Part shown: positions 14,782 to 27,934 of the stretch, piece by piece | How positions within the stretch are numbered: position 1 is the stretch's first letter | How the letters are laid out: the number at the start of each line of letters is the position of its first letter | Origin: Octopus vulgaris | Taxonomy: Eukaryota | NCBI GenBank assembly: GCA_951406725.2 | Contig: OX597819.1 | Span: 115,568,001 to 115,632,000 of the forward strand | Direction: 5' to 3' | Length of the DNA: 64,000 bases | The notes under the pieces: generated by a model | Told to the model about the DNA's origin: nothing | What the model saw: the letters and a program-made list of their open reading frames with translations, nothing else | Databases searched by the model: none | Translations under genes and position numbers: made by a program

Positions 14782-16067
14782 AATGCTGCATTTTAATAGC
14801 AATCAGAGTGCGTTTATTAGACCATTGTTTTTATTAGAAAAGATAGGCTTCGTTAAATAGTGACTGTTCCCATATGTTCAGAAAAAGAAAGTTTGGCTCC
14901 AGTTTAAATGACAGGATTCTCTGTCAAACATATCTCAGCTTTAAACAAATCTCAACATCATGTTTACAAGTGCCTCTTGTAAAGACAATTTTCGCCTTCA
15001 CGTCGAGAATGGCTTTATAACAAAATTACAATATCAGACGTTGAAGCGTTCTTATGATGGTAAACTGTTCAAATATCAGCAAGATGAAGTAGTTTGATAT
15101 TTACTGTCATACTGATGTATCAAATACCACCTAAATTCAACCGAAAAAGATATGGTGATGATTGTCAACAGTATGTGGTTACTGTATCATAACTACACGC
15201 ATATGAAAGCAATACAAACTGAATGATCTGAAAGATATATGGTTCTATCTCAGGAGGGTTATTATTCCAAAAAGAAACATATACACTGGTGTAAAAAAGA
15301 AACACACAGCACCTATTCCAAAAAGAAACACAACACCTGTCCAAATTTATCCGTTTACTGCTTTGGGAATATAGATAAAGTATTACACCTAGGCGCTTGG
15401 TTGAAAGAGTATCTAGTGGCATCTATTTTGACTTGAAGTTCTATCTCCTGTGACCAACAGAAACGGTGATAGAATGGTGGGGAAGTACCCAAGTATTTCA
15501 GCGAATCATCATCAACGCCAGAATACCAACTGATGGGGAAGAATGCAAGAAGACGTTCAGGTGCTTCTCATTCAACGAAGAATATATACTTGTGTGTGTA
15601 TACATATATGTATATGTGTGTATGTATGTATATATATAATATGTAAAATATTTATATAATATATATGTATATATATGTATATATATGTTTGTTTGTATAT
15701 GTGTATATATATACGTATGCATGTATGGGTACATGACGTCACCAACAGTAAACAACATGAAGTACGAAAACGAATGAGTTTAATACGTAAACAGCGAGAG
15801 AAACAAATGGAAAACATAAAGAATGTTCTTTCAACAGTTGTCGGCAGTCTGAAGGGATGGTGGCATCCAGAGAAACATAGGTTCAATACCTAATATTTTT
15901 GGGGGAAATGATTTCCTTAAAATAATAGGTAGCTTATATTCATATAAAGGAAGAAGAAGGACATGGAGATTGTGAAGTTAATAAGAGTTTATTATTAACA
16001 ACAAATCGAGCATAATTTTTTCGTTAATAATAAACTCTTATTTACTTCACAATCCCCATTTTCTACT

Positions 16068-16157
<90 letters not shown>

Positions 16158-16496
16158 GTATATATGTAAGTATGCATGTATATTTATGAGTGTATGTGTG
16201 TGTTTTATGGTACAATATTTTTTTACACTAAATTGAAGGATTACTCAATACATATGGTGGAGTAGAAATTTATTCTTCTTTAACGAGAAGAGTATGTTTG
16301 TGTACGTATATATACATACATTTGTATATATGTGCACTTATACACATACATAGAGACACATACAGACGCACATATTATGTCAACGAAAGCGTTAAAACTA
16401 GATTGCAAATGAGCAATAAATGGAAGAAACAGAGAACACAGAAGGGTCAACGTTTAACAAGCGCTGTATTAGCTTAATGCTCAAAAGAAGAAAAGA

Positions 16497-16534
16497 TTCT
16501 TAATATTTCGGACATTAATCTTTCATCAGAAGAA
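16497..16534 (-). ncRNA. Minimal hammerhead-like motif
   Basis: TTCTT-CTGATGA-AAGAT(TAAT)GTCC-GAAA-TATT-AAGAA; perfect 5-bp stem I, palindromic AATATT stem III, weak stem II. Confidence 0.55.
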
Positions 16535-16804
16535 AGAAACAAGCAGAGAAGGAGGGAGAAAAGGAAAGAAAAAAAGCAAAACAAAAAAAAAATTGGCCTG
16601 TGGTTGAAAGCTAGGCAAGAACGAGATTCTATAGGGAAAAGGTAAGGAAAAAGAGGTCGACATATATGAGATAGTGATCGTATGTAGATTTTTGAGATGT
16701 GATGTGTGTATGAGTGTAAACGTGTACAAGTGCGGAAGTATAGTGGAATACGACTATGGCTACACTCCAGATACTTGTTGATCAAACTACGTGTATACAT
16801 ATAC

Positions 16805-16885
<81 letters not shown>

Positions 16886-17089
16886 AAGTTAATCCAAACA
16901 TGAAAACATAAACAGAAAACACAACAACGCGAGGACGTGGAACAAATATAGTATTATTGGACGCTCAGGAAAGAAGGAAAGAAGGAGGGTTTAACGTTTT
17001 GAGTGGAGCTCTTCATCAGAAATATAGGAAAAGGAAAGATCCAGAGAAGGGAAGACGGAGGAAAAAAATCGCCAACGGCACTAACGCGG

Positions 17090-17151
<62 letters not shown>

Positions 17152-17182
17152 ATACATATATATGCGTATGTATATGTATATA

Positions 17183-17232
<50 letters not shown>

Positions 17233-17235
17233 TGG

Positions 17236-17268
<33 letters not shown>

Positions 17269-17634
17269 CGTGTGCAAAAACTATCTGCGTGCTTACACGT
17301 ATGCAAATATATATGGTCTCTTGCTTCTTTTTAATGAGTTAGTGCCTCTCTTCACCAAACTGGATAACGAGGACATACATTTGAATGAAAAAACACCAAA
17401 ACTTCGCCACTTAGACACCGTCAGCGTTTCAGTAGTGGACGCAGACGTGCAGGAGCCGGGAGAATCGTAACTACTTCCGCCTATAACTTCACATTCTGTG
17501 TGCTCTCTCACAATCAAGGAATTAACGGAAGCAACTGGTCTTTCGTTGTCGCAACGAAAGGTTAGCCGTTTATGCATACATACATACATACATACATACA
17601 TACATTCATACATACATACATACATACAAGTGCC

Positions 17635-17694
<60 letters not shown>

Positions 17695-17854
17695 AATATA
17701 CACACATTCATACGCATAAACATATATTCGCGTGCTCACACAGATGTACACACAACCACACACATTCATAAACATACACACACTCAGAAACAGAGAGATA
17801 ACTAAACCTTCGTTGCCACACTGAAAGACCATTATTTCCGTTAGTTATTAGCTC

Positions 17855-17962
<108 letters not shown>

Positions 17963-20199
17963 TGTATGTATGTATGTATGTATGTATGTATGTCTCTCAC
18001 TGCCGCTACGTTCTGAGTTGAAATTTCGTCGAGGTTAATTTTGCCTTCCATCCTTTCGGGGTCGATTAAATAAGTACCAGTTACACACTGGGGTCGATAT
18101 AATCTGTTTGTCTGTCCTTGTTTGTTCCCTCTGTGTGTATCGCCTTGTGGGCGGTAAAGAAATAGGTATTTCGTTTCTCTTTACGTTCTTAGTTCAAATT
18201 CCGTCGAGGTCGACTTTGCCTTTCATCCTTTCGAGTCCGATAAATTAAGTCCCAGTTGCGTACTGGGGTTGATCTAATCGACTGGCCCCTCCCCCAAAAT
18301 TTCGGGCCTTGTACATAGAGTAGAAAAGGATACTGGTAAAATAAATATAAAATTGAAATAAATTGAATAAATACTGATGCTGATATGATATGCAGTAGAA
18401 GGCAGTTTTGCAGTGTGGTTGTGTTACAATGATTAAAAATAGCTTTTTATGGATAGTGAAGGTAAAGTGAGGCTTACAAGCAAACAAAAGATTGTGCTTT
18501 TCACCAAAAAGGGAGAAAAATAGAAATCATTTTGCTGTTCTCGTTATTCACCTTTACTCTGCCTCAAATACAAATAATATGAATTTTAGATCACTGTGAA
18601 ATTTGCATATAATCTGTCTCTGAATTAAGAGAAGATGCTAGTTAGATACTCTTTTCTCCTTTTTTTACTCTTTTACTTGTTTCAGTCATTTGACTGCGGC
18701 CATGCTGGAGCACCGCCTTTAGTCGATCAAATCGACCCCGGGGCTTATTCTTTGTAAGCCCAGTACTTATTCTATCGGTCTCTTTTGCCGAACCGCTAAG
18801 TGACGGGGACGTAAACACACCAGCATCGGTTGTCAAGCAATGCTAGGGGAACAAACAAACACACACACATACACACACACATATATATATACATATATAC
18901 GACAGGCTTCTTTCAGTTTCCGTCTACCAAATCCACTCACAAGGCCCGGGGCTATAGCAGAAGACACTTGCCCAAGATGCCACACAGTGGGACTGAAGCC
19001 GGAACCATGTGGTTGGTTAGCAAGCTACTTACCACACAGCCACTTTCTGAATATTGTAATTCTTTCTCAAGTCATTAAAAATATTGTCTTGAGTTTCTTA
19101 CAAAATAATCAAGGTATCAAGGAGAGAAATAGTATTCGCTGTCGAAAGATTTTGTCGAATCTTCTCAAAAACAGTCACTTATGGGCAAATAATAAAATAT
19201 AGGAGGCGTAGAAGTAATTTTTTATAGACAGATAAAACGTAGATCCATGTGGGTGTTGTATTGTAAGCTGGGAAAAATCAATATGGCGTTTAAAAGTAAC
19301 TGTTAGAAGTCTATCGATTTGAGAACTCTGTAGTAGTACCTTGTATTTGTTGATTACCGATATCGCTTTTGTGGAGTGGATAAAATAAGTACCGAGCGAA
19401 TAGTTAGGTTTGTACTGACCTAAAACCAAGACAGCAATCAAATGTCAATTTCAGATGATGAAGACACAACACGGATTCATGCGCTGTGAAGGCACCTCTC
19501 AAACAAACCACTGACGTTAAGTGTGCTTAATCATACATTTAACATGTTAACGGTATTATCAACATCGAGCTGGCAGAATCGTTAGCACGCCGAGCGAAAT
19601 GCATAGCCGTATTTCGTCCGCCGTTACGTTCTGAGTTCAAATTCCGCCGAGGTCGACTTTGCCTTTCATCCTTTCGAGTCCGATAAATTAAGTACCAGTT
19701 ACGCACTGGGGTCGATATAATCGACTTAATCCGTTTGTCTGTCCTTGTTTGTCCTCTCTATGTTTAGCCCCTTGTGGGTAGTAAAGAAATAGGTATTATC
19801 AACATATGTACTATGTGGATAAGCAACAATAACAATAATATTGAAAGTTTGGTTCTTTTTGTGTTGTACTGACTTTTGACTTCGAAGCAAAGTCACATAC
19901 ATTACGGAGAGTACAGGTAATTATCTATATAGACCCATGTATATTATTTTGGAGTCAAGAAGAACGTAGATTTGAGATACAGCGAAAGTGGAAAAGGTGG
20001 TGAATATGGCGGCTGCGGGGAAGAACGATCAAGAAAACAGAGATCAGAAGAAATGAGGAGAGTAAAAATATAAATCAAAGAAAAGGAACAACTACTGGAT
20101 GGGAAACTTGGGTTTTATCATGCTAGAGCTGCACAATATTCGGGTGAATTGCTGTGTTCTGAATAGGTTAATGTAGAATAATGTTGTCTGGTTTGTAGG

Positions 20200-20470
20200 A
20201 AGTTGTGGCGGGTTGAAGTATTAAGCTGAATGCTGTTGAAGCATTTTCATTTTGTCAAGATTTCAGAATTAGTATTTAAGTGTGTATTAAAGATTCTTAT
20301 AATCCAGAAAATGTGGACCTTCTCAGCTGGGCAGATGTCACAGCATTTGGTTCCTTCTATATTTGGCTACAAAATTTCTAGTATGTTGTACTTGATGTTA
20401 AACTCGTTGCTACAGTCTTTTAAGCTCGGAATGTGATTAATCACTTGATAATTTGGTGGTGTTTCTCTTC
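20200..20470 (-). mobile_element. Probable Penelope-like C-terminal fragment of a second family, inverted against the RT copy
   Basis: Minus strand reads EIL*PNIEGTKCCDICPAEKVHI...LNTNSEILTK, resembling the Penelope C-terminal C.LC..EK..I..LN.RSE motif. Confidence 0.5.
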
Positions 20471-20475
20471 TCACG

Positions 20476-21800
20476 TTCAGATTGAATATGGTATTGAGGC
20501 AATTGATTTCTGGAAAAAGAAACACCCAGAAGCATTTCCTAACCGCATTAGCAAGACCTTCATTACAGAATCACTCAAGTTCATTCTGACAAACAATTAC
20601 TTCCTCTTCGAAAACACACAATACCGTCAAAAATGTGGTATCGCGATGGCTACCAAAGCTACACCAGTCCCTGCGAACCTCATAATAGGCTTCTTCGATC
20701 TATCACTTTATGAGATATCACGCCAGAAACTTGGACACCTTTTCCACATCTACTTAATGGAAAACTGGAAAAGATACTTAGATGATTGTTTCTTCATATG
20801 GAAAGAATCTTATGAAAAACGTCTAAAATTCAAAACCAAACTTAACAACATACAACTCAACATTCAATTCGCTATGGAATTCAATAAACATCATCTCCCT
20901 TTTCTTGATCTCCTAATTATAAAAACACCTAATAACCAAATCACAACCGACATCTACCACAAACCTACAGACTCACAACAACACCTCCTCTTCAGTTCAT
21001 GCCATCCAAAACACACCAAAAAAATTATCCCCTTCAACCTAGCTAAAAGGGTTTGCGCCATTGTCTCGGATCCAACAACTCGAGAAATACGCCTTCAAGA
21101 CCTAAAAAAAAACACACTATTACAACGCCAATATCTCTCCACACTCATAGACTATGGAATAAAACGTGCCAAGGGACTCGACAATAATACACTGAAAACC
21201 ACTCAACGCAGTAACACATCCAACCTCAAAATATTTCCATACATTTCCACCCACAACCCCCAAAACATCGAAGCATACACCACAATCATACAAAACCTTC
21301 CCTTACTGCTCACAGACACCCAAAATGAATAATATTATCAATACACATAAAATCCTTAAATGCAAAAGGCAACATAAATCATTGAAAAAACTCTTAAAAA
21401 ATGCCAGACTTCACACACCACATACACCCCCATCAGTTAAAAGATGTGCATGTCCTAACTGTGATACCTGCCCCTTCCTACTTGAAGGCTCTGAATTTAC
21501 TTTCAAACAAGGAACAAAGTTTAAAATCAAGACCAACTTCTCTTGTTCCTCCGAGAACCTCATTTACGTTTTTACATGCGCCGGTTGCCAACACAATTAT
21601 ATCGAACAAACGAGCCTTCCTTTACGCAGAAGAGTAGCAGTCCATAAAGAACAGATAAATTTCCCACAATACCGTCAAATTCCACTCAGTAGCCACATAG
21701 ACTCTTGCGCTAGAAATAAAAAATCCAAAATTTCATATATTCTCTTTCTATCAATGTAAAGACAGAATCTCTATACAAGAAAGAATTAACAAGGAGAATC
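20476..21800 (+). mobile_element. Penelope-like element, RT plus GIY-YIG endonuclease (frameshifted)
   Basis: QKCGIAMAT, RYLDDCFFIW, LPFLDL, TDIYHKPTD, SCHPKH; then C..C..C and NLIYVFTCAGCQHNYIEQT (GIY-YIG-like). Confidence 0.9.
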
Positions 21801-24800
21801 TTTTTATTGAAAAATTCCAAACGCTTCTTAATATGCAAACTCCACGGTGACCGTATTCCTTTTTCTAGCATCCTGTCTGACAAAAAATAGATATAAGCAT
21901 CCTGTTTGACAAAAAATTCCAGCATTCCAATTAAAGAGTATAAAATTCACAGAATTGTCTCCCCTGATTCACTGGAACTGGATAACTCATACCCCATTTC
22001 CTGTTTTGACATATAAACATCCAACCTTTTCAAACAAAACATTACACTAAAACGCATGCATCCTAATCCCCCAAAGAAGTTTTTCCATGGACTAACATTG
22101 AACTCTAAAAGCATAAAGACACTACAATGCATTGGTATACTTATTTATTAATTTTTGTATATACTCTTTTACTCTTTTACTCTTTTACTTGTTTCAGTCA
22201 TTTGACTGCGGCCATGCTGGAGCACCGCCTTTAATCGAGCAACTCGACCCCGGGACTTATTCTTTTGTAAGCCCAGTACTTATTCTATCGGTCTCCTTTG
22301 CCGAACCGCTAATTATTTTTTTTGAAAAACATTGTAAATTTCTTTTTTCCCCTTACTCAATTAAAAAAAAAATTCCCTTCCAAATCTTGAAAATTTGCCT
22401 TGCAATGAAAGTCGGTTTGATTTCTCTTTTTTAATTTTTAATGCACCCATTTTTATCAAAATTTACTTTCAGTTTAGCATTCTGCCTTATTATGTTTTTC
22501 TCTCTTACATATATACATATACGCGTGTGTGTATGCATGTCTTTGCATTTGTCCTTCTGCTTAATAACCGGTGTTGGTTTGTATCCATCTCCGTCACCCA
22601 CCAGTTCGAAAAAAGCGTGCAACAAAGACTTATATAAAAATGTACTGGGGCAGATTTGATCAACTAAATCCTTCAAGGTAGTGCCTCAACATGGCCGTAG
22701 TATAATGACTGAGACAAGTAAAAGAATGACTAAAATAATTGCAACGTCTGTAGTTTGTAATTACTTAGAATGAAAATTTTAATAAAATACAAATTTTGTA
22801 GATGTCATTTTAAAACTGATTAAGTTTTAGTAAAATCAGATAATATCCTGTTTTTCTACAATTTATATTTAAAATTAAAATTTTATTTGAAATATATAAT
22901 CTATAGTCTTCTTTATAACACTTCATACTCAATAAAGTAGTTTCATATATTTTTGGTATTTACTGTGTCAGTTCCCAGGTTTCAGATCGCGCGACGAAAA
23001 GTTTGACATCAAATAATGAATAATCAAGTGAAGTTAATAATGTTTCTGTGATTTTAATGGCTGAAATAAGTTTTTCAGTGTAAATTCTTTAGTTTTAACA
23101 CACAATCTTAAATAAAATCAGCTCCGAAATTTCTGATATCTTTCAAATGAAAGCTTTTAGCAAAATCTGTTCAAACTGGAATAAATCTTATGTTGTAAGC
23201 AATAAGCGTCAAACGTTTTGGATAGAATATTTTCGTGGGAAATATTTACCAGAGATACAAGAAAATAGAAAACTAGAATTGTGAGGACGAAGAAAATTAT
23301 TATAATAGAGAATACAGGGGAAAGAGAAGGAAAAAGAGGAGGAAGAGGACGAGAGAAAGAGAGAGGGAGAGAGGTAACATGTGTGTATAGGGGGAGACAA
23401 ATCAGGGAGCAACTCAGTTCTTATCACATCTCCTGATTTCTTCCTTATTCCTTGCTGTTATAATAATTTCCCCTCCCATTCACTTCTAGTTTATTTACCT
23501 TTCAACATTAGTAAACTTTTCATTTCTCACCAACAAAGAGTTCTACCTGAAACTTTAGATTTCTCTTCTTACATATCGCATAACTTTTACTCCGTGACCA
23601 GAACATTTTGTATTACCATTTACCAACATGTGACATCGTTAATTTCTACAAGTTCTTCACTAGTATTAATAAGATCATTGTTGGTGTGTGACAGCGTATT
23701 TTGATACTTTGAAATTTTCTGACAACGGTCATACAACAAAACATCAGATGACAGACTGACAGACGTTTTACTGATCGATAGAACGTCTGTTTTCTGATAT
23801 TTTGATGCGATATAGTTGTAAAACCTCTGTGGGTATTTATCTTTTAATTTCTGGTCATCCACCAGTCAAAGAAAACGTTCAGAGTAACCAATTTCTTTTT
23901 CTGTTGTTACTGGTTGCTTCAAACATCTTTTCTTGATTCATCGATAGACGATGACTCTCGGTGGTTAACAGATGTTATCAAACAAGTGAAATGATATGAC
24001 ATTCCAAAGCTGTTTGGATCAGTATTAAACGTCTGCCCTCATTATACGCAGTCAATATCATTATCGATGTAAAAATTTCTGGTGGCAGTTATTTTCGTGT
24101 TTTAATATCAAAGACCCGGATCTCATTTAGCCTTCAATCGAGCAACGCAAATGTCGGTCTCCTTGATCGATGATTCGAGAATTTTCACACACGCACACGC
24201 GCGCATACACACACACACACGCACTCACACACACACACACGCACACACACACACACACACACGCGCACACACACACACGCGATCGCGCGCACACACACAC
24301 ACACACGCACGCGCTCACGCACACACACACACACACACACACACGTAATTGTTTGTGTACGAACGTATGTTTATATATGAATGTAAGTATGAGTTCTGTA
24401 AAACAAATCGAACATTGTTTGCTTTCTTTACAATTTAATCAGCAATATCTTCTTCAAAATAAGATACTGCACTGTTGATATGCTGATCTCGACTGGTTTG
24501 CCACGTTTGAAACACGTCATCATTAAACACATTTTCAAGAATCACACCCATTTCTCACAATAGATTTTCTTTTCCTTGATGTCTTCAGTTCTCCTGATCT
24601 GGTTAACTTGGATTTCAATTTTAGGTACAAAAACCTACACAGGAGGCAAATCTGATAACTAGGACCATTAACGGAGAAAACGAGAATTGTTTCATGATTT
24701 TCCAGTGCCATGGATAAAGATTGACGGATGCCTATGTGCACAATCTTTGTACATAATCTAAGTTTTATTTGTCCGTAATCCAAGTCTCTTCCTTCGCGAC

Positions 24801-26019
24801 CTTTCTCAAATGTCTTTGGAGATCCAAAATCGTTGTTAATCGTTGGTCGACCCGAAGGTATAGTAGAAAATACTTGTCCAAAGTGTCACGCAGTGGAACT
24901 GAACCCAAATTGACTGAAACTTCGAAGTCACTGTCAACAACAATATTATCTAAAAAAATAAACCTCTATTCTACAAAAGTATACAGTAACCTCTCAGATT
25001 ATCGTAAAATTGTTTTTATTGTAACTAAATATAAACACACACACACACGATGGGCTTCCGCATAGTTTCCTTCTACCAAATTCACAAGGTATCGGTCGGC
25101 CCTGCGCTATAGTTAAGGCATTTGTTAAGGCATTGTCTTTTTTTTTTACAAAGTTTTCATCAGTAATAGGATCAAACAACTTTAATGAAAATTGTTTTAC
25201 ACATGCAGCAACACCTGAAACAAACCTTGATTTTGATCTGTGATCTAGACGAAGATTGAGAACAAGCAATAGAAATAACAGTACCTTTCACCAGCCAAAG
25301 ATATGTGAGTTTTCGTGCTGGTAGAAAGAACAGTTCAAATCACACATCCATATAAGTTATGAATTATAGGAAATTAACTGTATTGCTCTAACTGGAATGA
25401 ACGCCTACGTGAACATGATTCGCTGGTATGTGACCAATTAAAGCGGTATACTTGAAAGAAAGTTGTGTAAAATTCTTACTAAATAGTTTCATCGAAAGTT
25501 CTAGAAGCTTTGCTAAAAATTCTAAAAAGCTTAGATATTGAACTCCAGTTCAAACAACCCGAGATGTTTCACGGAATTCTCTCAGTTCTTTGATAAGTGT
25601 TTTCCTGTTTTCGGCTTGTTCTGCCAATAACAACTACGGGCAATTACCATATTTTAAACTATTTCTATTTCATGTAATGAAAATTTTTAATTGTCGCATA
25701 CACGATAACAAGTATGTATTTTAATTTAATTAATTCCAAGTGCATTTATAAATACAACTGTTCGATGTTATAGAAATATACAAGAAACATATATTATTAT
25801 TAGTGTGGTCATTCTCACTTTACTACGCAGCCTTCCAAGCTACCTTCCTACTATTTTGTATTGCCATTGATGATATGATGACTACCATCATATTATTATT
25901 GTAAGAACATATATCATGTTGACCCTGATATGGAAAATGACGTAGTGGTCACGGATGGAGCATCTTCATTATGTGTTAGCTCGATCCTATCTCACCTGTT
26001 TGAAAACCTTTTACAATTC

Positions 26020-26262
26020 TAAGTTAAGTTAATTTTTTGGCTCAAAAAGCAAAAAGGAAGGCCATGTAGGGGGACATGGAGTTATGAACAGGGTGGTGTT
26101 CATGCAAAGAGTTCAGGCCATTTGTGGTCAAGGGAGACTTTGAACCGAGCGGTCGTCGGCATCTTCACTATCTCGTCCGGCAGCTTATTCCACGGATCCG
26201 CAACCCGGACGGAAAAAGCCCCTCTCCTTCGATTGAGATGAAATCGTCGCAGATAGAGCTTC
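26020..26262 (-). mobile_element. CR1-type LINE 3' end, same family as 61635-62170
   Basis: Reverse complement matches 61915-62150, ending in TTAAC repeats. Confidence 0.8.
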
Positions 26263-26654
26263 TAGTTTAGTTTGCGTCAGTATCGATTTCAAACTTCGTC
26301 ATAGAGTCACAGATTTTCTGGCAGATACAGTTGATAATATCGACCCAAATACACAACTGGTACTTAGTTTATCGATTCCACAAATACGAATAGCAGTAAT
26401 CAACAAATACAATTGCAAAGCTCTCTGATCAATAAACTTCTTAAGAAATTTTTAAACGCCATATTGATTTTTCCCAGCTTACAATGACAACACCCAAATG
26501 TTATTTCCTTTTTTAAATACGAAGCTACATTCTCTCAATCTTTTTCTCTGTCTCTATCTCTCTCTGTCTGTCTATTTCTGTCTCTATCTTTGTACTAATC
26601 ACTATACCTACCTATATATTTCTTTCGTTCTCTCTAGTTCATTCTCTCCCGTTC

Positions 26655-26754
<100 letters not shown>

Positions 26755-27601
26755 CATACCTACCTACCTACTTACATACCTACTTACCTACCTACCTACC
26801 TACCTGTCTGTCTGTCTGACAGTTTGTCTATCTATCTATTGTCTGTATTAACACTATAAGTTAAAGAAATATTTTTTGTATCACAGACTTCTGTTTGAGA
26901 TTGTGCTAAGCTTTACCTATAAGTTGCAAATATTTATAGCTTGTTTGAATGGCGTGAGAATTAACTGCATTTTATTTCATACATACGTTCAGATAAACGC
27001 ATGTTTAATAAGAAACCAACCTTTTAAAACTGCGCGCTTGTCAGCTACCTTGATATTCAGCATAATAATAATCATATCACACCACGTCATTTAGTGAGCG
27101 ATCTATTCGTGCTAGAGTAAAAGTACGGTAAAACACTTGGTGGTTAATCACAAGTTTCAAACAAAACTTCAGAAAATAACATGCTTGTGCGAAAATCTTT
27201 TTCATTTCTGGAAAAAAAAAAAAATGAAACCACTTTACAGAGACTTTTTTGATGTTGCAATTGATCTGTGGGAAGATTTTGTTTGATGTTAATTTTATCT
27301 AGTGCCATGATTAATACCAGGGTTTCAAATCGAGGACATTCGTCGAAAAAATTCCTCAAATCTAGACGATCTTTCACGACAATGGACAAAAATTCAATTG
27401 TAGAAGAGTGAAAATCGCCACTTGATTTTCGTAATATGATTTTAAAAGAAAAATGAAGAATTTAAAGATGAATCGTGTTACAGCATGTATGTATGTATGT
27501 ATGTATGTATGTATGTATGTATGTATGTATGTATGTATGTATGTATGTATGTATGTATGTATGTATGTGTATGTATGTATGTGTGTGTGTTTATATGAGT
27601 G

Positions 27602-27690
<89 letters not shown>

Positions 27691-27934
27691 TCATATATAT
27701 ATATATATATATATATACTTTATTTAAAGCAGCAGAAAATTCAACAAAATCTGTTACTCTGTTGAATTTTCTGCTGCTTTAAATAAAGCATATTACTCTA
27801 CCACTGGTACTTGAGTACTCTTTTTTCTTTTTTCTTTGAGATTTTGTCTACCAAATCTACTTACAAAGCATTGGTCAGCTATAGTAGAATACACTTGTCC
27901 AGTGACACTGAAGGCAGGAAAAATGCGGATGGGA

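Noticed and set aside
21955-22000. Hammerhead at the 3' end of the Penelope copy
   Set aside because: CTGATTC is not followed by a stem II and GAAA.
23620-25660. Minus-strand gene suggested by short ORFs at 23620, 24535 and 24994
   Set aside because: Frames are closed by stops, with no consistent splice chain or recognisable motif; a decayed gene or lncRNA cannot be excluded.
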